This document shows, in pieces, positions 58,078 through 64,000 of a stretch of DNA of 64,000 nt (position 1 is its first letter; each line of letters starts with the position of its first letter). The translations under genes and the position numbers were made by a program. Source of the DNA: the human T2T-CHM13v2.0 reference genome, Homo sapiens. The notes beneath the pieces were generated by a model. That model had not been told where the DNA came from and did not search any database. It worked only from the letters and a program-made list of their open reading frames with translations. The DNA lies in NCBI RefSeq assembly GCF_009914755.1, contig NC_060935.1. One strand, given 5' to 3'.

Positions 58078-58529
58078 TGCCTGCTTTTTTATGTAACACA
58101 CTGAATTCCTCATTTAAGGAATGATTTTCTGCAATAAAGACACATGCGCACAAACACCCACGTACACAGAGGTCTTTGTCCTGCATGTGTATAATGTCTT
58201 TTGTAATTGCTTTAATCTTTGTCTTGTTTCTCTGCAAACACTATGTTCATATCAAGCCTTTTATCTATAACAGTAATTGCATTTTCAGACATGCCAGTTT
58301 GAGCTTTTCTAATTTATTTATTAGTTCTATAATTGCGTTACTTTGAATATTTTCTTATCTCAACTTTAATGAATTCTGTTCTTATAATTAAGTCATCTTT
58401 GATGTCTTTTTGAACTTTAAGTCTTTTATTGAAATATCATTATTCTAAAGTTCTTCTAGAATCTTAGCTTTTGTAGTGAGTGTGCTTCCGTTCCTTGGGC
58501 TAGGCACCACCCAACGCCTAATAAGTCCT

Positions 58530-58650
58530 TCATTTATATTTCCCTTCTCTTCCTTTCCTTCCTCCTTTCCATATCCTCTTTCTTCTCCCCTCTTCTACTT
58601 CTCCTTCTCATTCTTTGCCTTCTTTTTTCCCTCTTTCCTCCTTTCCTCAC
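58530..58650. repeat. CT-rich low-complexity tract
   Basis: Seen directly. Confidence 0.8.
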
Positions 58651-59035
58651 AAATCCCCACCAGACCTTATTCCTCATCTCACCATCCACATCTGGTATAT
58701 TTGTTTGGTTGCCATGTCCTATCTTTTCTTCCCACCAAACTTTAATATGGACATCTCCAGATCTTCAGTTTGCCCTGATATAATCTCAGATACCTTTTCT
58801 TATTGTACTTTACCTTCCTTTTTTTTAAAAGTATCAATTTCTGTTTGGTGGTTTGAGCTACAGTTTGAGTTATTGGTATTGCTTTTCAAACATTTCTCTC
58901 TGGCTTATAGGTACGAAAATGGGAGAATGAAGCAACTCAACTAGGATAGATTCTGTCACAAATCCTGTTCCAGGATTCTTTACTCATCCAGAGATGCTTT
59001 TCACTCCAGTGGCCATCAGCTGGTGGCTCCAACCA

Positions 59036-59360
59036 ACAGTTGCCAGATTTAGCAAATAAAAACATAGGGTGAGCAGTTAAATTTTAACTTCATATAAACA
59101 TCCAATATATATTTTAGTATAAATATGCCCCTTGTAATGTTCAGAACATATACTAATGTCTGTTCAGCTATTGCTGAATAATTTATTTTTTGCTCTATTT
59201 GTCTTTGACTTTTTCTCTGGTTAAGTGTGTGTATACATACATACACACACATGCAGACATATATATGTATGTATGTGTCTGCTTTTGTATATTTATATAT
59301 TTGTTGTTAATCTGCAATTAAAATTTAACTAGGTCTTCTGCATTTTATCTTGCAGTGTTA
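59036..59360. mobile_element. MER53 palindromic hAT MITE with ~140-bp internal insertion
   Basis: Arms GTTGCCAGATTTAGCAAATAAAAAC...CAGTTAAATTT and ATTTGTTGTTAATCTG...AAATTTAACT...TTTTATCTTGCA. Confidence 0.75.
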
Positions 59361-60045
59361 TTTTAACTCAGCATACGTCCCTGGAAGATGACAAACTCTG
59401 GTTGCTTTTCTCGTTGTATCGAGGTCTTGGTGTGAATGTATTTTCTTGACTATGTGTAAGGTTATCTACTGATGCCTTGGTCCACCTTTCCCAATATAGA
59501 ATTTATTAGTGAAAGTTTTCAGAATTTTATTTAATTCTATTTTAATTTCTACTTTTGGCAGTTTGGGGCTATCGTGGGGAAATAGTTAAAAGGTCGATCG
59601 AACCTTACTTCGGATAATATTCCAACTCTCTAGCTGGATACAGATTTTCAAATTTTTCTTTGTTCAGCTATTGCTGGATAATTTATTTTTGCTCTATTTG
59701 TCTTTAGCGTTTTCTCTTGTTAAGTGTTGGAAGGAGAGATTCTATATTTTTGATTCACCTTCCACTTTTATACATTTTGAAATTTTTGGTAAGTCTACCT
59801 AATATATTGGTTTCTTCCTTTGCTAAACTCTGAATCATATCATTTGCTCAATAAGAATTCCATGAACTACTATTAAAGTTCTCTGGAGGGGTTAGCTCTA
59901 AAGATTTTGGTCTAAAACAAAAGGATAGCATTTCATACTATGCCTCACTTTTAATAGATGTGAATTTTTATGAATTAATCAATCTGTCAATCCACAGAAA
60001 ATCCTAAATTTCAATTCTGATGCTGTAGTGGTTAGTTTGTGTTAA

Positions 60046-64000
<3,955 letters not shown>

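Larger units (their letters stand above)
57150..59770 (-). mobile_element. Patchy ancient L1M/HAL1-like relic
   Basis: T-rich diverged segments such as TGTAGAGAAGCCTGAAGCCAGTCTGCTTTCTC resemble antisense old L1 ORF1-region sequence. Boundaries uncertain. Confidence 0.35.

Noticed and set aside
49545-59360. MER53 copies as miR-1302-type miRNA hairpins
   Set aside because: One copy is truncated and the other is interrupted by a ~140-bp insert, so no clean precursor can be supported.

Overview
This is primate (most likely ape or human lineage) nuclear DNA. It is non-coding, AT-rich and dominated by transposable elements. I see no host protein-coding exon, RNA gene, CRISPR array or prokaryotic feature, and every recognisable protein in the ORF track is a broken LINE-1 ORF1/ORF2 fragment. 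The centre (23.2-40.6 kb) is a four-level nested stack: a MER44-type DNA transposon is split by a near full-length L1MA, which is split by a full-length L1PA7-like element and by a two-LTR THE1C provirus, and the provirus carries an AluY. The rest holds many ERV1/ERVL/MaLR LTRs (several with readable target-site duplications, TSDs), a two-LTR MST element, 11 Alu copies or fragments, MIR and DNA-transposon relics, microsatellites, and a young but disabled L1PA2/3-like element running off the right edge. I did not find a convincing new biological system. The best leads are a tandem p53-like site in an LTR10-type LTR, a candidate spliced micro-gene just downstream of a sense MSTA LTR, a homeodomain/octamer palindrome cluster, a strong minus-strand bias of L1/LTR elements (suggesting a + strand transcription unit), and several small templated insertions. 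Repeat family names come from recalled consensus sequences and need RepeatMasker/Dfam confirmation.
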